Of a DNA stretch of 58,310 nucleotides, positions 18,642-27,965 are shown in pieces; the first letter of the stretch is position 1, and every line of letters begins with the position of its first letter. A program made the translations under genes and the position numbers. The stretch comes from Candidatus Saccharimonadota bacterium. GTDB taxonomy: Bacteria; Patescibacteriota; Saccharimonadia; Saccharimonadales; UBA4665. The notes under the pieces were generated by a model. The model saw only the letters and a program-made list of their open reading frames with translations, searched no databases and had not been told where the DNA came from. The stretch spans positions 1 to 58,310 of the forward strand of contig DAHWQR010000003.1 of the NCBI GenBank assembly GCA_027340655.1. The letters are read 5' to 3'.

Positions 18642-20804
18642 ATGAATCAAGACTTGACTGAGCCATTTGCTGAATTACTGCGCGGATTAAACGACGAGCA
18701 AAAAAGAGCCGTTTTAAGCACCGAAGGGCCGCTCCTTATTCAGGCCGGTGCCGGTAGCGGCAAAACCAAAACTTTAACTCACCGCATTGCTTATCTGCTG
18801 GCTAGCGCTAAAGCCACGCCACCGGAAATTTTGGCGGTAACATTTACTAATAAGGCGGCGCAAGAAATGCGCAACCGGGTGGCAGCCTTGATCGGTGCGG
18901 ACGCCTCCAACCGTTCATTTATGCCATTTATGGGCACCTTTCACTCAATCTGCGTGCGCATCCTAAGGGTTGATGCAGACCGCATTAATTTGCCTAAATC
19001 ATTCGTTATTTTCGATGAGGGTGATCGCTTGGCGGCTATTAGAAGGGTCAGCCGGGAACTCTCTTTGGATGAGAAAGCCTTCCCGCCCAAAGCGCTTTCC
19101 GGTCTAATCTCATCTGCTAAAAACGAGCTTATTGCTCCGGAAGAGTATTCAGCGCTAGCTAGTTACCCAACGGCTGCGGCAGCGGCCAAAGTCTACCCGC
19201 TTTACGAGCGGGAACTAAAAACAGCCGGTGGTCTGGACTTTGACGACCTAATTGTCCAGACGGTACGTTTATTAGAAAGCCAGCCGGAAGTGAGAGCCCG
19301 GTGGCAGAACCAATTTCGTTACGTCCTGGTCGATGAGTACCAGGACACCAACGCCGCTCAATACCGTCTAACTAAACTGTTAACTAACGATAAACACAAT
19401 TTGGCGGTTATCGGCGACGACTGGCAGACAGTCTACGGGTTTAGGGGTGCTGACTTCCGGAATATCTTAAACTTCGAACGCGATTACCCGGAATGTACGG
19501 TTATTAAGCTGGAAGAAAACTACCGTTCTACTAGCAATATCTTAAATGCCGGCCAGGCGATCATAACCAAGATCTCCGAGCGCAGCGATAAAAAGCTTTG
19601 GACCGCGGCCGGGGATGGTTTGCCGGTACAAGTGCTTCATGTAAGGGATGAACGCGCTGAAGCCGAGGCAATCTGCCTAAGGATTGCGACTGCGGTTTCT
19701 GCCGGAAGGCGTAATTACCGGGATTATGCCGTTTTGTACCGCACAAACGCTCAAAGCCGGGCCATTGAGGAGGGTTTCATTCGTTTTGGTTTGCCATACA
19801 AAGTGGTTGGCGGTGTGCGCTTTTATGATCGAAAAGAGATTAAGGACATCATTGCTTACCTTCGTTTAATCTTTCAGCCTGATGACAACATCAGCTTTGA
19901 GCGGATTGTAAATGTGCCGTCCAGGGGTATCGGGGCGATTAGCTTAAAGCGGTTTTTGACATGGCGGACGTCAACCGCCAAGCCCTTAGTTGAAGCTCTG
20001 GGGCAAAGCGCGGACTGTCCTAAACTAAGTCCTAAGGCGGTGGCCGGGCTCAGAGATCTCGGGGATATTCTGCTTAGTTTTCAAAAGCAAGCTCAGCAAG
20101 CCAGCCCTTACGAGCTAATCGAAGCCCTCACCCGTCGATTGAACTATTTAGAGTCCTTAGATGATGGTACGCCCCAAGGGGAAGCCCGGCAGGAGAACGT
20201 CAAAGAATTACTCAGCGTTGCCCGGCAATACCAAGATTTGCAACTGGCGGATTTCCTCGAAGAAGTCAGTCTAATAAGTGACATCGACAGCGTCGATTTA
20301 AATAGCGACGCCGTTACTTTAATGACCTTGCATTCTGCAAAGGGACTGGAGTTTAACGTAGTGTTTATGGCCGGAATGGAAGAAAGCCTTTTCCCTCATT
20401 CCAGATCAATTTACGATCAAAAGGGAATGGAAGAAGAGCGACGCCTGGCTTACGTAGGCATCACCCGGGCCCGCCAAGAACTCTATCTAATTTCTGTTGG
20501 CTCACGCATGCTATTCGGTAGCGTACAACATAACCCGCCAAGTCGTTTTTTAAATGAAATTGATGCGGTGGTTTCTTCCGATTGGTCGACCCCTCCGGCT
20601 AATGAAACGCTACTTAATCAACAAGCTGCAATTGCTAATGAGCCGCGTTACGTAATTGAGCTAAATGAAGGAGACAACGTCAGGCACCAGCTTTTTGGTG
20701 TCGGCACGGTTCTTGAAATTGACGGCGACGTGGCTACCATTTTCTTTAAAGGTAAGGGGACGCGCAAGTTAGATGTCGGTTTTGCCCCTTTAGAAAAGCT
20801 TTAG
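18642..20804 (+). CDS. pcrA: ATP-dependent DNA helicase PcrA/UvrD
   Basis: AGAGSGKT, TFTNKAA, VDEYQD, LEENYRS, TLHSAKGLEF and EERRLAYVGITRA motifs. Confidence 0.95.
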   Translation: MNQDLTEPFAELLRGLNDEQKRAVLSTEGPLLIQAGAGSGKTKTLTHRIAYLLASAKATPPEILAVTFTNKAAQEMRNRVAALIGADASNRSFMPFMGTFHSICVRILRVDADRINLPKSFVIFDEGDRLAAIRRVSRELSLDEKAFPPKALSGLISSAKNELIAPEEYSALASYPTAAAAAKVYPLYERELKTAGGLDFDDLIVQTVRLLESQPEVRARWQNQFRYVLVDEYQDTNAAQYRLTKLLTNDKHNLAVIGDDWQTVYGFRGADFRNILNFERDYPECTVIKLEENYRSTSNILNAGQAIITKISERSDKKLWTAAGDGLPVQVLHVRDERAEAEAICLRIATAVSAGRRNYRDYAVLYRTNAQSRAIEEGFIRFGLPYKVVGGVRFYDRKEIKDIIAYLRLIFQPDDNISFERIVNVPSRGIGAISLKRFLTWRTSTAKPLVEALGQSADCPKLSPKAVAGLRDLGDILLSFQKQAQQASPYELIEALTRRLNYLESLDDGTPQGEARQENVKELLSVARQYQDLQLADFLEEVSLISDIDSVDLNSDAVTLMTLHSAKGLEFNVVFMAGMEESLFPHSRSIYDQKGMEEERRLAYVGITRARQELYLISVGSRMLFGSVQHNPPSRFLNEIDAVVSSDWSTPPANETLLNQQAAIANEPRYVIELNEGDNVRHQLFGVGTVLEIDGDVATIFFKGKGTRKLDVGFAPLEKL

Positions 20805-20901
20805 ACTGATGTCTTCTGGTACAATAAACAGAAGTTGCGGGTTAAGACTAGGGCGTGCCAAATTATGAAGATTAGCTCATTGTTGCTTCTCGCACCCGAT
20901 C

Positions 20902-22176
20902 ATGCGTAAAAGGTATAATCTGTACAAACGGCGCTTTAAGCGAGCCCATAAGCGCCACGTTAAAGCCGCAAAAAAGGTCAGCCGGCATCCTTTTGCTGTT
21001 CCGGTGTTTGTTTTTGCCGGGCTGTTAATCATATTCACTCTCGGCTACCTTATTTTTAAACCAGACCAGGCCAGCAACAGCCAACCGGGGCCAAAACTGG
21101 TTATTATTAACCACGATCATGTTGAGCAGATAGTGCCGTCAATAGAGCCGACCGTCGGCAAGCTGCTCGATAAGCTGGACATTAAACTTAACCCCGGCGA
21201 TGTTGTCGAGCCGAGCCTGGCTACCCCGATTAACCAGTATGACTTCCGAATTAATATCTACCGCGCGGTACCAGTTGAAATAACCGAGAAGGGGCACAAT
21301 AGCTTCACTTTCTCAGCGGCCGCTACTCCTAGAGCGATTGCCGAGCAGGCGGGTTATAAATTGAACCCGGCAGACATCGTAACCACCGTTCCGACCTCCA
21401 ATTTTATTTCTCAGGGCGCGATTGGCGAGCAGGTAGTTATTAATCCGGCTACCCCGGTAGACCTTAATTTGTATGGTTCGCCGGTTGTTCTATACACCCA
21501 TGCCGCAACGGTTGCCGACCTAATAAAGCTCGAAAATATTCATTTGGTAAAAAATGATCAGGTGCTACCAAGTTTAGACACGCCAATTACTCCAAACCTA
21601 GAGGTTTTCCTGATCCGTAACGGCGAGAAACTGGCTTCTGTGACCCAGGGCATACCGATGCCGGTGGATACCGTATATGACAATTCCCTAGCCTACGGAA
21701 CCAGCGCAATTCAACAGAACGGTTCAGCCGGACAAGAGGTTATAACTTACCAGGAGAATACCCAAAACGGCATAGTAGTTAGTCAAACCCCGATTCAAAC
21801 TGTCGTAACGGTACCTGCAGTGACCGAAATTGTCCTTGTCGGTATTAACTTATCCGGTATTAAGGGCGACATGGCCTATGCCGGAATTGCTCCGGGCGAT
21901 TACCCTTATGCCGACTATATAATCAGCCATGAATCAGGCTGGTGCCCGACTAAGGCTCAAGGTGAAACTTATTGTCCTGGCGTACCAGATAATCCGATGA
22001 CTCCATACGGCTACGGTCTTTGCCAAGCTACTCCTGGATACAAGATGGCTTCAGCGGGTAGTGACTGGGAAACTGATCCAATCACTCAACTGCGCTGGTG
22101 TAACGGCTATGCGGTCAGTAAATACGGCAGTTGGTACAATGCCTATCAGCACTGGATCAACTATAGTTGGTGGTAG
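20902..22176 (+). CDS. RpfB/YabE-like protein: TM anchor, DUF348 (ubiquitin-like) repeats, G5 and a C-terminal lytic transglycosylase-like domain
   Basis: TVGKLL...I.L...D.V.P repeats; a G5-like segment (IP...YDNSL..G...IQQ.G..G); IISHESGW...YGLCQA.PG.KM...DW.TDP.TQL; directly upstream of rsmA. Confidence 0.8.
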   Translation: MRKRYNLYKRRFKRAHKRHVKAAKKVSRHPFAVPVFVFAGLLIIFTLGYLIFKPDQASNSQPGPKLVIINHDHVEQIVPSIEPTVGKLLDKLDIKLNPGDVVEPSLATPINQYDFRINIYRAVPVEITEKGHNSFTFSAAATPRAIAEQAGYKLNPADIVTTVPTSNFISQGAIGEQVVINPATPVDLNLYGSPVVLYTHAATVADLIKLENIHLVKNDQVLPSLDTPITPNLEVFLIRNGEKLASVTQGIPMPVDTVYDNSLAYGTSAIQQNGSAGQEVITYQENTQNGIVVSQTPIQTVVTVPAVTEIVLVGINLSGIKGDMAYAGIAPGDYPYADYIISHESGWCPTKAQGETYCPGVPDNPMTPYGYGLCQATPGYKMASAGSDWETDPITQLRWCNGYAVSKYGSWYNAYQHWINYSWW

Positions 22177-22187
22177 AAAGTGGAAGC

Positions 22188-22985
22188 ATGGCTGACTTAG
22201 ATATTGAAGCAAATAAAGACCTTGGGCAGCACTGGCTGATTGACCCGGATTCCCTAGAAGCAATTTGCGAACTGGCGAGACCCGGCCCCAGTGACTATAT
22301 CCTCGAAATTGGTCCGGGTACCGGCAATCTGACCGACATTCTTCTTAGTAAGGGCGCGCATCTAATCGCCGTTGAAATAGACAAGGGGCTGTTAGCGGGG
22401 CTTGCCAGGCGCTTTAATAATCGACCTGGCTTTGAACTTATTAATGCGGATATTCGTTCTTACGATTTAGGGCAGTTACCAAAGGGCTACAAAGTAGTTG
22501 CCAATATACCCTACTACCTAACCGGCTATCTTATACGGCAGTTAAGCGAATCTGCTAATCCGCCATCCTTATGTGTCCTTTTGGTGCAAAAAGAAGTAGC
22601 CGAGCGATTAGGCGCCCAGCCGGGTAAGCTATCCTTGCTTGGTGTAACCGCTCAGACCTACTGGAGCGTTACACTCGGGCCGGTTATCAAGGCGAGTTTA
22701 TTTAATCCGCCGCCCAAAGTTGACTCGCAAGTAGTAGTTTTAAAGAGGCGTTCTAAAGATTCTCAAATCCCAGCCAATCTAAACCGCCAGTTTTTTCGGG
22801 TTGTCGGCTCCGGGTTCAGTCAACGCCGTAAAACAATTGCCAACTCTCTTAGTGCAGGTCTTAAAATTAGTAAATCGACAACCGAAGACTATTTAAGGCA
22901 AGCGCACATTGATCCTAAACGTCGTCCACAAGAATTGAGCCTAGAAGAATGGACTAAACTAGCCGAAGCATTTCCCGAGGCATAA
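22188..22985 (+). CDS. rsmA: 16S rRNA m6,2A dimethyltransferase
   Basis: LGQHWL, LEIGPGTG, VANIPYY, QKEVAER, PPPKVDS and QRRKT motifs; ATG at 22188. Confidence 0.95.
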   Translation: MADLDIEANKDLGQHWLIDPDSLEAICELARPGPSDYILEIGPGTGNLTDILLSKGAHLIAVEIDKGLLAGLARRFNNRPGFELINADIRSYDLGQLPKGYKVVANIPYYLTGYLIRQLSESANPPSLCVLLVQKEVAERLGAQPGKLSLLGVTAQTYWSVTLGPVIKASLFNPPPKVDSQVVVLKRRSKDSQIPANLNRQFFRVVGSGFSQRRKTIANSLSAGLKISKSTTEDYLRQAHIDPKRRPQELSLEEWTKLAEAFPEA

Positions 22986-22995
22986 TCTTAAAAAG

Positions 22996-23041
22996 TGGTA
23001 TAATATAGCTGTGCTAACAGAGGTTTAGTTTTCTGTTAGCA
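22996..23041 (+). promoter_or_regulatory. ssrA promoter (extended -10) and 5' leader hairpin
   Basis: TGG-TATAAT at 22996-23004; perfect 10-bp stem TGCTAACAGA (23012-23021) / TCTGTTAGCA (23032-23041). Confidence 0.6.
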
Positions 23042-23057
23042 AGCAACAAATTCGCGT

Positions 23058-23445
23058 GGGGCTGAATTTAGCTCGACGTCGGCTTTACAGGATAGATCGG
23101 CAGGCCGCTTGTCAGCGTTATAGACAAACCAATCTAAATGCAAACGCATTGAAATCTGTAGCACTGGCTGCAAAGAACTTGTTTCTAGCACCAGTACGCG
23201 CACCTGCTTTAGCTTAAACCTAAAGCGGCGCCTGACTTGACGCCGGATAGAGGCATGGCGCTTCATATTTTCCGGATGCGGCGACCAATTCGTTCGCGTC
23301 GGTCGCTAAAGTCATAGCGGACTATAGCAGCGGAAGTTTGACTGTTTAAATACCCGTTGCCAAAATTTTTAAAACAGCCTACGCCTGTAGAAGACTAACC
23401 ATAGTAAACCGACGGACCCGGTTGCAATAACCGGCAGCTCCACCA
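23058..23445 (+). ncRNA. ssrA: tmRNA
   Basis: 5' GGGGCTGA..TCGAC and 3' CCGGT-TGCAATA-ACCGG-CAGCTCCACCA form an Ala-type acceptor stem with G3.U70; an internal tag ORF ends in ALA*. Confidence 0.93.
23140..23217 (+). other. tmRNA proteolysis tag ORF: ANALKSVALAAKNLFLAPVRAPALA*
   Basis: Resume codon GCA follows a TAAAT context; hydrophobic ALA C-terminus. Confidence 0.8.
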
Positions 23446-23452
23446 AAGAACT

Positions 23453-23483
23453 AATGACCCCATTCGTTGAGGTCATTTTTATT
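23453..23483 (+). terminator. Intrinsic terminator after ssrA
   Basis: AATGACC/GGTCATT stem followed by a T-rich run. Confidence 0.65.
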
Positions 23484-23574
23484 GCTTTTAAAACCTGTCC
23501 TAGTAAGTCTCTCGGACCTGTATTAGAACATAAGTAATTTCATTGCGCAATTTTTTGTATATAATGTGGATAGG

Positions 23575-24273
23575 ATGAGTGAAATGGGGCCCCGGTCTGA
23601 GTCATATCCCGATCCCGAGCAGTTTGTGCCCGCGGTTAATTACGCATATCTAGAATATTTACTTGAGAAAGCTAAGCAAAGAGAAGAAAAACTTCAAGGC
23701 CAACTCGAATGGCTGGGTCGTGACGAGCTTACTGGTTTAATAGCAGATAAAATAATCCGTAACGAGCTGGATACCCGTGTAGAAAAAGCAGACAGAATAG
23801 GCGATCAATTTGTTCTAATAATCGGTGACGTAGACAATATGAAAGCTGCGAACACTGAATTTGGACACCACTACGGTGGGGACGCCTTACTAAAAGCTGT
23901 CGGCAGATCCTGCCGTAAAGGCGACCTTATAGGACGTGCGGGAGGAGACGAGCTTTGGTGGATAGCCGACTTAAAACCGCGTAAAGAATATCATCCCCAC
24001 CGTCCGCTGCATGTGCGTAGAGATTCACTTGAAGATGTCGCTGCTAAATTGGCGGCAGTCTTTGAAAAACGAGCCAACAGCGAAATTAAAAAGCTTGGTT
24101 TGGACGTGCCGGTTGGTTTCTCTGCAGGATTCGCACTCTATCGCCCGGAGGATAGCTCTGGAACGATGATCGATCGGGCTAGCAAAGCAATGCTGGCGCG
24201 CAAAACGGAAAACAAAGAGAAGCGCTTGAGTATGGACAAGCACCCGGCTAATTACCGTACTGATCAGAAATAG
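23575..24273 (+). CDS. GGDEF-domain (diguanylate cyclase-like) protein
   Basis: DELTGL, DVDNMK..N..FGH..GGD, RKGD (RxxD), GRAGGDEL and SAG motifs. TATAAT at 23560-23565 favours ATG 23575. Confidence 0.82.
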   Translation: MSEMGPRSESYPDPEQFVPAVNYAYLEYLLEKAKQREEKLQGQLEWLGRDELTGLIADKIIRNELDTRVEKADRIGDQFVLIIGDVDNMKAANTEFGHHYGGDALLKAVGRSCRKGDLIGRAGGDELWWIADLKPRKEYHPHRPLHVRRDSLEDVAAKLAAVFEKRANSEIKKLGLDVPVGFSAGFALYRPEDSSGTMIDRASKAMLARKTENKEKRLSMDKHPANYRTDQK

Positions 24274-24335
24274 TTCGGGCTGAAGAAGCGTGCAGATTAA
24301 GATAGCTAATATATAATAGGGCGTAAAGTAATTAA

Positions 24336-24412
24336 GGGGCTATAGCTCAGCTGGCTAGAGCGCAGCATTCACATTGCTGAGGCCCATGGTTCGAGTCCAT
24401 GTAGCCCCACCA
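24336..24412 (+). tRNA. tRNA-Val(CAC)
   Basis: Acceptor stem GGGGCTA/TAGCCCC, anticodon arm CAGCA-TTCACAT-TGCTG, GGTTCGAGTCC T arm and encoded CCA. Confidence 0.93.
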
Positions 24413-24441
24413 GTGCTAATCCGAGAGGGGATTGAATAAAA

Positions 24442-24879
24442 ATGATGTCTCAAGACGATTGTCCGTTTTGCAATATTAATGATCGTGTATTGAAGAGTAA
24501 CCGCTTGGCCCAGGCTTTTTTAAGTAACCCGCGCAAGGTTCCCGGGCATTTTTTAGTGACTCCCAAGCGCCACTTAGAGAAGCCATGGGAGCTGACTAAG
24601 GACGAACTTCAGGATATTTTTGAGCTAATCTTCTTTATTGAGGAAAAGCTGGTTAGTAAGCTTGGTCAGGGCGCAGATATCCGCCAGAACTACCGACCAT
24701 TTCTTGACCCCGGACGGCTTAAACAAAACCATGTTCATTTCCATGTTTATCCCAGATACAACCAGGATTATCTTTACCAGGTATCGGAAAAGTTTGAAAC
24801 CGATCTGTTTACCGATTTAGACCCGAGCGAGCAAGCCGAATTTGCGAAATTGCTGAAGAGTGATGAAGCCAATAACTAG
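24442..24879 (+). CDS. HIT-family protein
   Basis: CPFC, PGHFLVTPKRH and HVHFHVYPR motifs. Confidence 0.9.
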   Translation: MMSQDDCPFCNINDRVLKSNRLAQAFLSNPRKVPGHFLVTPKRHLEKPWELTKDELQDIFELIFFIEEKLVSKLGQGADIRQNYRPFLDPGRLKQNHVHFHVYPRYNQDYLYQVSEKFETDLFTDLDPSEQAEFAKLLKSDEANN

Positions 24880-25342
24880 CTACGGAATACTGGTGTATAA
24901 GATTGAGCAAGGACAAGTCAGCGTCTTACTGGCTCACCCTAGCGGTCCGTTTTGGGCCAACAAAGACAGTTGGACTGTTCCAAAGGGAGAACCAGAAGAA
25001 AACGAAACCGAACTTGCTACTGCTAAGCGCGAGTTTCATGAAGAAACCGGCCTGAGCCTGAACTTCGATCAGCCACTGCTTGATCTGGGCGAACTAAAGC
25101 AGTCCGCCGTTAAGACTAATCACATCTGGGCCATTGACGCCGATCCAGACCTAGATCACTTCTCCAGCAATAATTTTGAGCTTGAGTGGCCGCCTAACTC
25201 CGGTAAAAAGCAGAGTTTTAAAGAGGTTGATCGAGTAGCATGGTTTGATCTAAAGAGCGCTAAAACCAAGCTCTTTCCGAGCCAGCGCCTGTTTGTTGAG
25301 CGCTTAAAATCGGCACTCGATAAAGAACAACTGTTAAAATAG
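24863..25342 (+). CDS. NUDIX hydrolase
   Basis: HPSGPFW, Nudix box KGEPEENETELATAKREFHEETG and EWPP.SG...F.EVDR. Confidence 0.9.
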   Translation: MKPITSYGILVYKIEQGQVSVLLAHPSGPFWANKDSWTVPKGEPEENETELATAKREFHEETGLSLNFDQPLLDLGELKQSAVKTNHIWAIDADPDLDHFSSNNFELEWPPNSGKKQSFKEVDRVAWFDLKSAKTKLFPSQRLFVERLKSALDKEQLLK

Positions 25343-25354
25343 CTAAAAGGCAAT

Positions 25355-26827
25355 ATGAGTAAATATTACGTAACAACTTCAATACCGTATATTAACGCCG
25401 AACCGCATATTGGGTTCGCGCTTGAGCTGCTGTACGCCGATGTTCTGGCTCGTCATGCCCGGGCGAACGGCGAAGACGTGATTTTTGTTACCGGCACTGA
25501 TGAGCATGGCGGAAAAATTGCTGAACGCGCCAAAGCCAGCAATCTAACTCTCAAACAATATACCGACCAAGTATCTGAACGCTTCCGCGAGTTAACTAAA
25601 GTACTGGCGATTAGCAACAACCGCTTTGTTCGAACTACTGATCAGGGCCATGAACAGCGGGCTGCCGAGATATGGAAAAGATTAGAGAAAGACATCTACA
25701 AAGGTCGCTATGAGGGTTGGTACTGTGTCGGCGACGAAGCTTTCTTTACCGAAACCGAAGTTAAAGCTAACAAGGGTATTTGCCCGGCGCACAACCGGCC
25801 ATATGAAAAACTGGTGGAGGAAAATTACTTCTTTAAACTAACTAGCTACAGCGAACAAGTAAAACAAGCCATTGTTAGCGGCAGTTTTAACATAGTCCCG
25901 CCTACCCGGCGCAACGAAATCCTATCACTCTTAGAACAAGGTCTGGAGGATATTTCAATTAGCCGACCTAAAGACAAATTAAACTGGGGCATAACGGTCC
26001 CGGGCGACCCAGACCAAGTAATATATGTCTGGTTTGAAGCGCTGATGAACTATATAACCGTTCTTGGATATCCGGAGCAGGAAGAGTTCAAACAATACTG
26101 GCCGGCTAATGTTCAGGTTATCGGTAAGGACATTATCCGCTTTCATGCCGCAATTTGGCCGGCCATGCTCCTAGCTCTAGATATTGCGCTGCCCAAGCAA
26201 CTCTACGTACACGGTTTCGTTACGGCCGAAGGTAAAAAGATGAGCAAAAGCATAGGTAACGTAATTAATCCCTTTGACGCAATTAAGCCCTACGGAGTAG
26301 ACGCCTTTCGTTACTACATGCTTAAGAATATGCCGAGTTATGACGATGGGGATTTTAGCTGGGAAAGATTTAAGGCTGCCTACAACAACGAATTGGCTAA
26401 CGAGCTGGGTAATTTAGTGCAGCGGATTCGAGTTATGGCTTCAAAGTATCTAGAAGGCCAGGTCAAAGATATTCCTCCGGCCGAGCACGACATCACGCAG
26501 TACAACGAAGCTCTTGCCGAGTGCCATTTCGATAAAGCCCTAGAAACTGTTTGGGAGCAGGTCAGGGGGCTTAACCAATATATTGACGAAGAAAAACCTT
26601 GGGAAGTGGCTAAGGTTGGTGACCGGGAGCACCTTAACGAGGTAATCGCCTATCTAATTAGCAGTATTCGTGAAATTGCCGACCTACTAGCTCCATTTAT
26701 GCCGCTAACCTCAAGGAAGATAAGTGAAGTATTTAAAGACGGACCATTAACTCCATCGCACCTAGTGCTATTTCCGAAGCAAGATTCCGCTCCTAATGCA
26801 GAGAAACATGACCAAGCTAATAGATAG
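25355..26827 (+). CDS. metG: Methionyl-tRNA synthetase (short form)
   Basis: HIGF (HIGH-type), GTDEHG, YVWFEAL, GKDI.RFH and KMSKS motifs. Confidence 0.96.
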   Translation: MSKYYVTTSIPYINAEPHIGFALELLYADVLARHARANGEDVIFVTGTDEHGGKIAERAKASNLTLKQYTDQVSERFRELTKVLAISNNRFVRTTDQGHEQRAAEIWKRLEKDIYKGRYEGWYCVGDEAFFTETEVKANKGICPAHNRPYEKLVEENYFFKLTSYSEQVKQAIVSGSFNIVPPTRRNEILSLLEQGLEDISISRPKDKLNWGITVPGDPDQVIYVWFEALMNYITVLGYPEQEEFKQYWPANVQVIGKDIIRFHAAIWPAMLLALDIALPKQLYVHGFVTAEGKKMSKSIGNVINPFDAIKPYGVDAFRYYMLKNMPSYDDGDFSWERFKAAYNNELANELGNLVQRIRVMASKYLEGQVKDIPPAEHDITQYNEALAECHFDKALETVWEQVRGLNQYIDEEKPWEVAKVGDREHLNEVIAYLISSIREIADLLAPFMPLTSRKISEVFKDGPLTPSHLVLFPKQDSAPNAEKHDQANR

Positions 26828-27623
26828 CCACTGCCATATTCACTCCTTCGGCCCGAACAGTGAAGACCAAACCGCAAGTAAATGGGCTAAGCTGGGACTT
26901 GACCCAAAGGAGATTATCCGACGTGCAGAAGCGTCAAAAGTGATGGAGTTTATCTGCGTCGGTACCGATCTGGCGGACAGCGCGGCAGCAGTTTCGTTCG
27001 CTCAAGCCAATGAGGGCTGTTATGCCGCCGTCGGCATTCACCCGCATGAAGCGAAGCGATATATTAACGATCCTAAAGCTCAAGCTGAGTTTAGCGAGTT
27101 GCTCAAGCAGCCTAAGGTAGTGGCAATTGGCGAGTGCGGCCTGGATTACTATTACCAGCATTCAGACCCTTTAGAGCAGGAGGCAATCTTAAAATTTCAA
27201 CTAGACTTGGCGCATAAGAACAATTTAGCGCTTATTTTCCATGTGCGGGAAGCCTTCTCTGACTTTTGGCCAATATTCGACAGTTACTCTAAGGGAACGC
27301 TGCGCGGGGTATTGCACAGCTTTACAGATACCAAAGAAACATTAACCGCGGCTATAGATAGGGGGTTATACATTGGCGTTAACGGCATTGCGACTTTCGC
27401 CAAGGATCCGGCCCAAAAAGAAATGTTTAAGGCTATATCGCTGGATCGTTTACTCCTTGAAACCGACGCTCCTTACTTGACGCCAGCCCCATATCGTGGT
27501 AATATAAACGAACCAAAATACATAGTGCGGATAGCCGAGTTTTTAGCGGAACTTAGACAAGTTAAGCTTGAAACTCTCGAACGAGCAGCTACGGATAACA
27601 CGAAACTTCTTTTTGGGATATAA
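26808..27623 (+). CDS. tatD: TatD-family DNase
   Basis: DSHCH, GIHPH, IGECGLDY and LLETDAPYL motifs. Confidence 0.93.
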   Translation: MTKLIDSHCHIHSFGPNSEDQTASKWAKLGLDPKEIIRRAEASKVMEFICVGTDLADSAAAVSFAQANEGCYAAVGIHPHEAKRYINDPKAQAEFSELLKQPKVVAIGECGLDYYYQHSDPLEQEAILKFQLDLAHKNNLALIFHVREAFSDFWPIFDSYSKGTLRGVLHSFTDTKETLTAAIDRGLYIGVNGIATFAKDPAQKEMFKAISLDRLLLETDAPYLTPAPYRGNINEPKYIVRIAEFLAELRQVKLETLERAATDNTKLLFGI

Positions 27624-27643
27624 TTAAACTTTTCGAGAACATT

Positions 27644-27964
27644 ATGAATCAAGACGACCACTCAATGGAAACACTAAGGACTAAGCACCCGGCAGAGGCC
27701 CGCTTGCGGGTGGTTGCACGAGGCGCAGACAACCTGGAAGCTGCTGTTGCAGTTAAGTTTTCTATTGAGCGGCCCCCTGTAGCGGTTCCCGATGTGCTAG
27801 CAAAAACAAATATTGCGCCAGCTCAGGAGATAGCGAAAGTTGAAGCCGTATCTGAAACGGCCATAGGCGTTGACGGCGAGCTAAATATTGTTTCAATCCT
27901 CTCTCACATCGAGCGTATCTACTCCGATCAACCAGATGAATTAGACGGCGAAAGGGCTGCTTAG
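27644..27964 (+). CDS. Hypothetical protein
   Basis: 106-aa ORF tightly packed in the co-directional gene string. Confidence 0.55.
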   Translation: MNQDDHSMETLRTKHPAEARLRVVARGADNLEAAVAVKFSIERPPVAVPDVLAKTNIAPAQEIAKVEAVSETAIGVDGELNIVSILSHIERIYSDQPDELDGERAA

Positions 27965-27965
27965 A

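Noticed and set aside
23036..23266. 76-aa minus-strand ORF
   Set aside because: Antisense to the tmRNA, which explains the region.
23522..23551. dif-like sequence on the minus strand (ATTGCGCAATG-AAATTAC-TTATGTTCTAA)
   Set aside because: It needs a 7-nt spacer, both arms match only partly, and gene orientation does not switch here.
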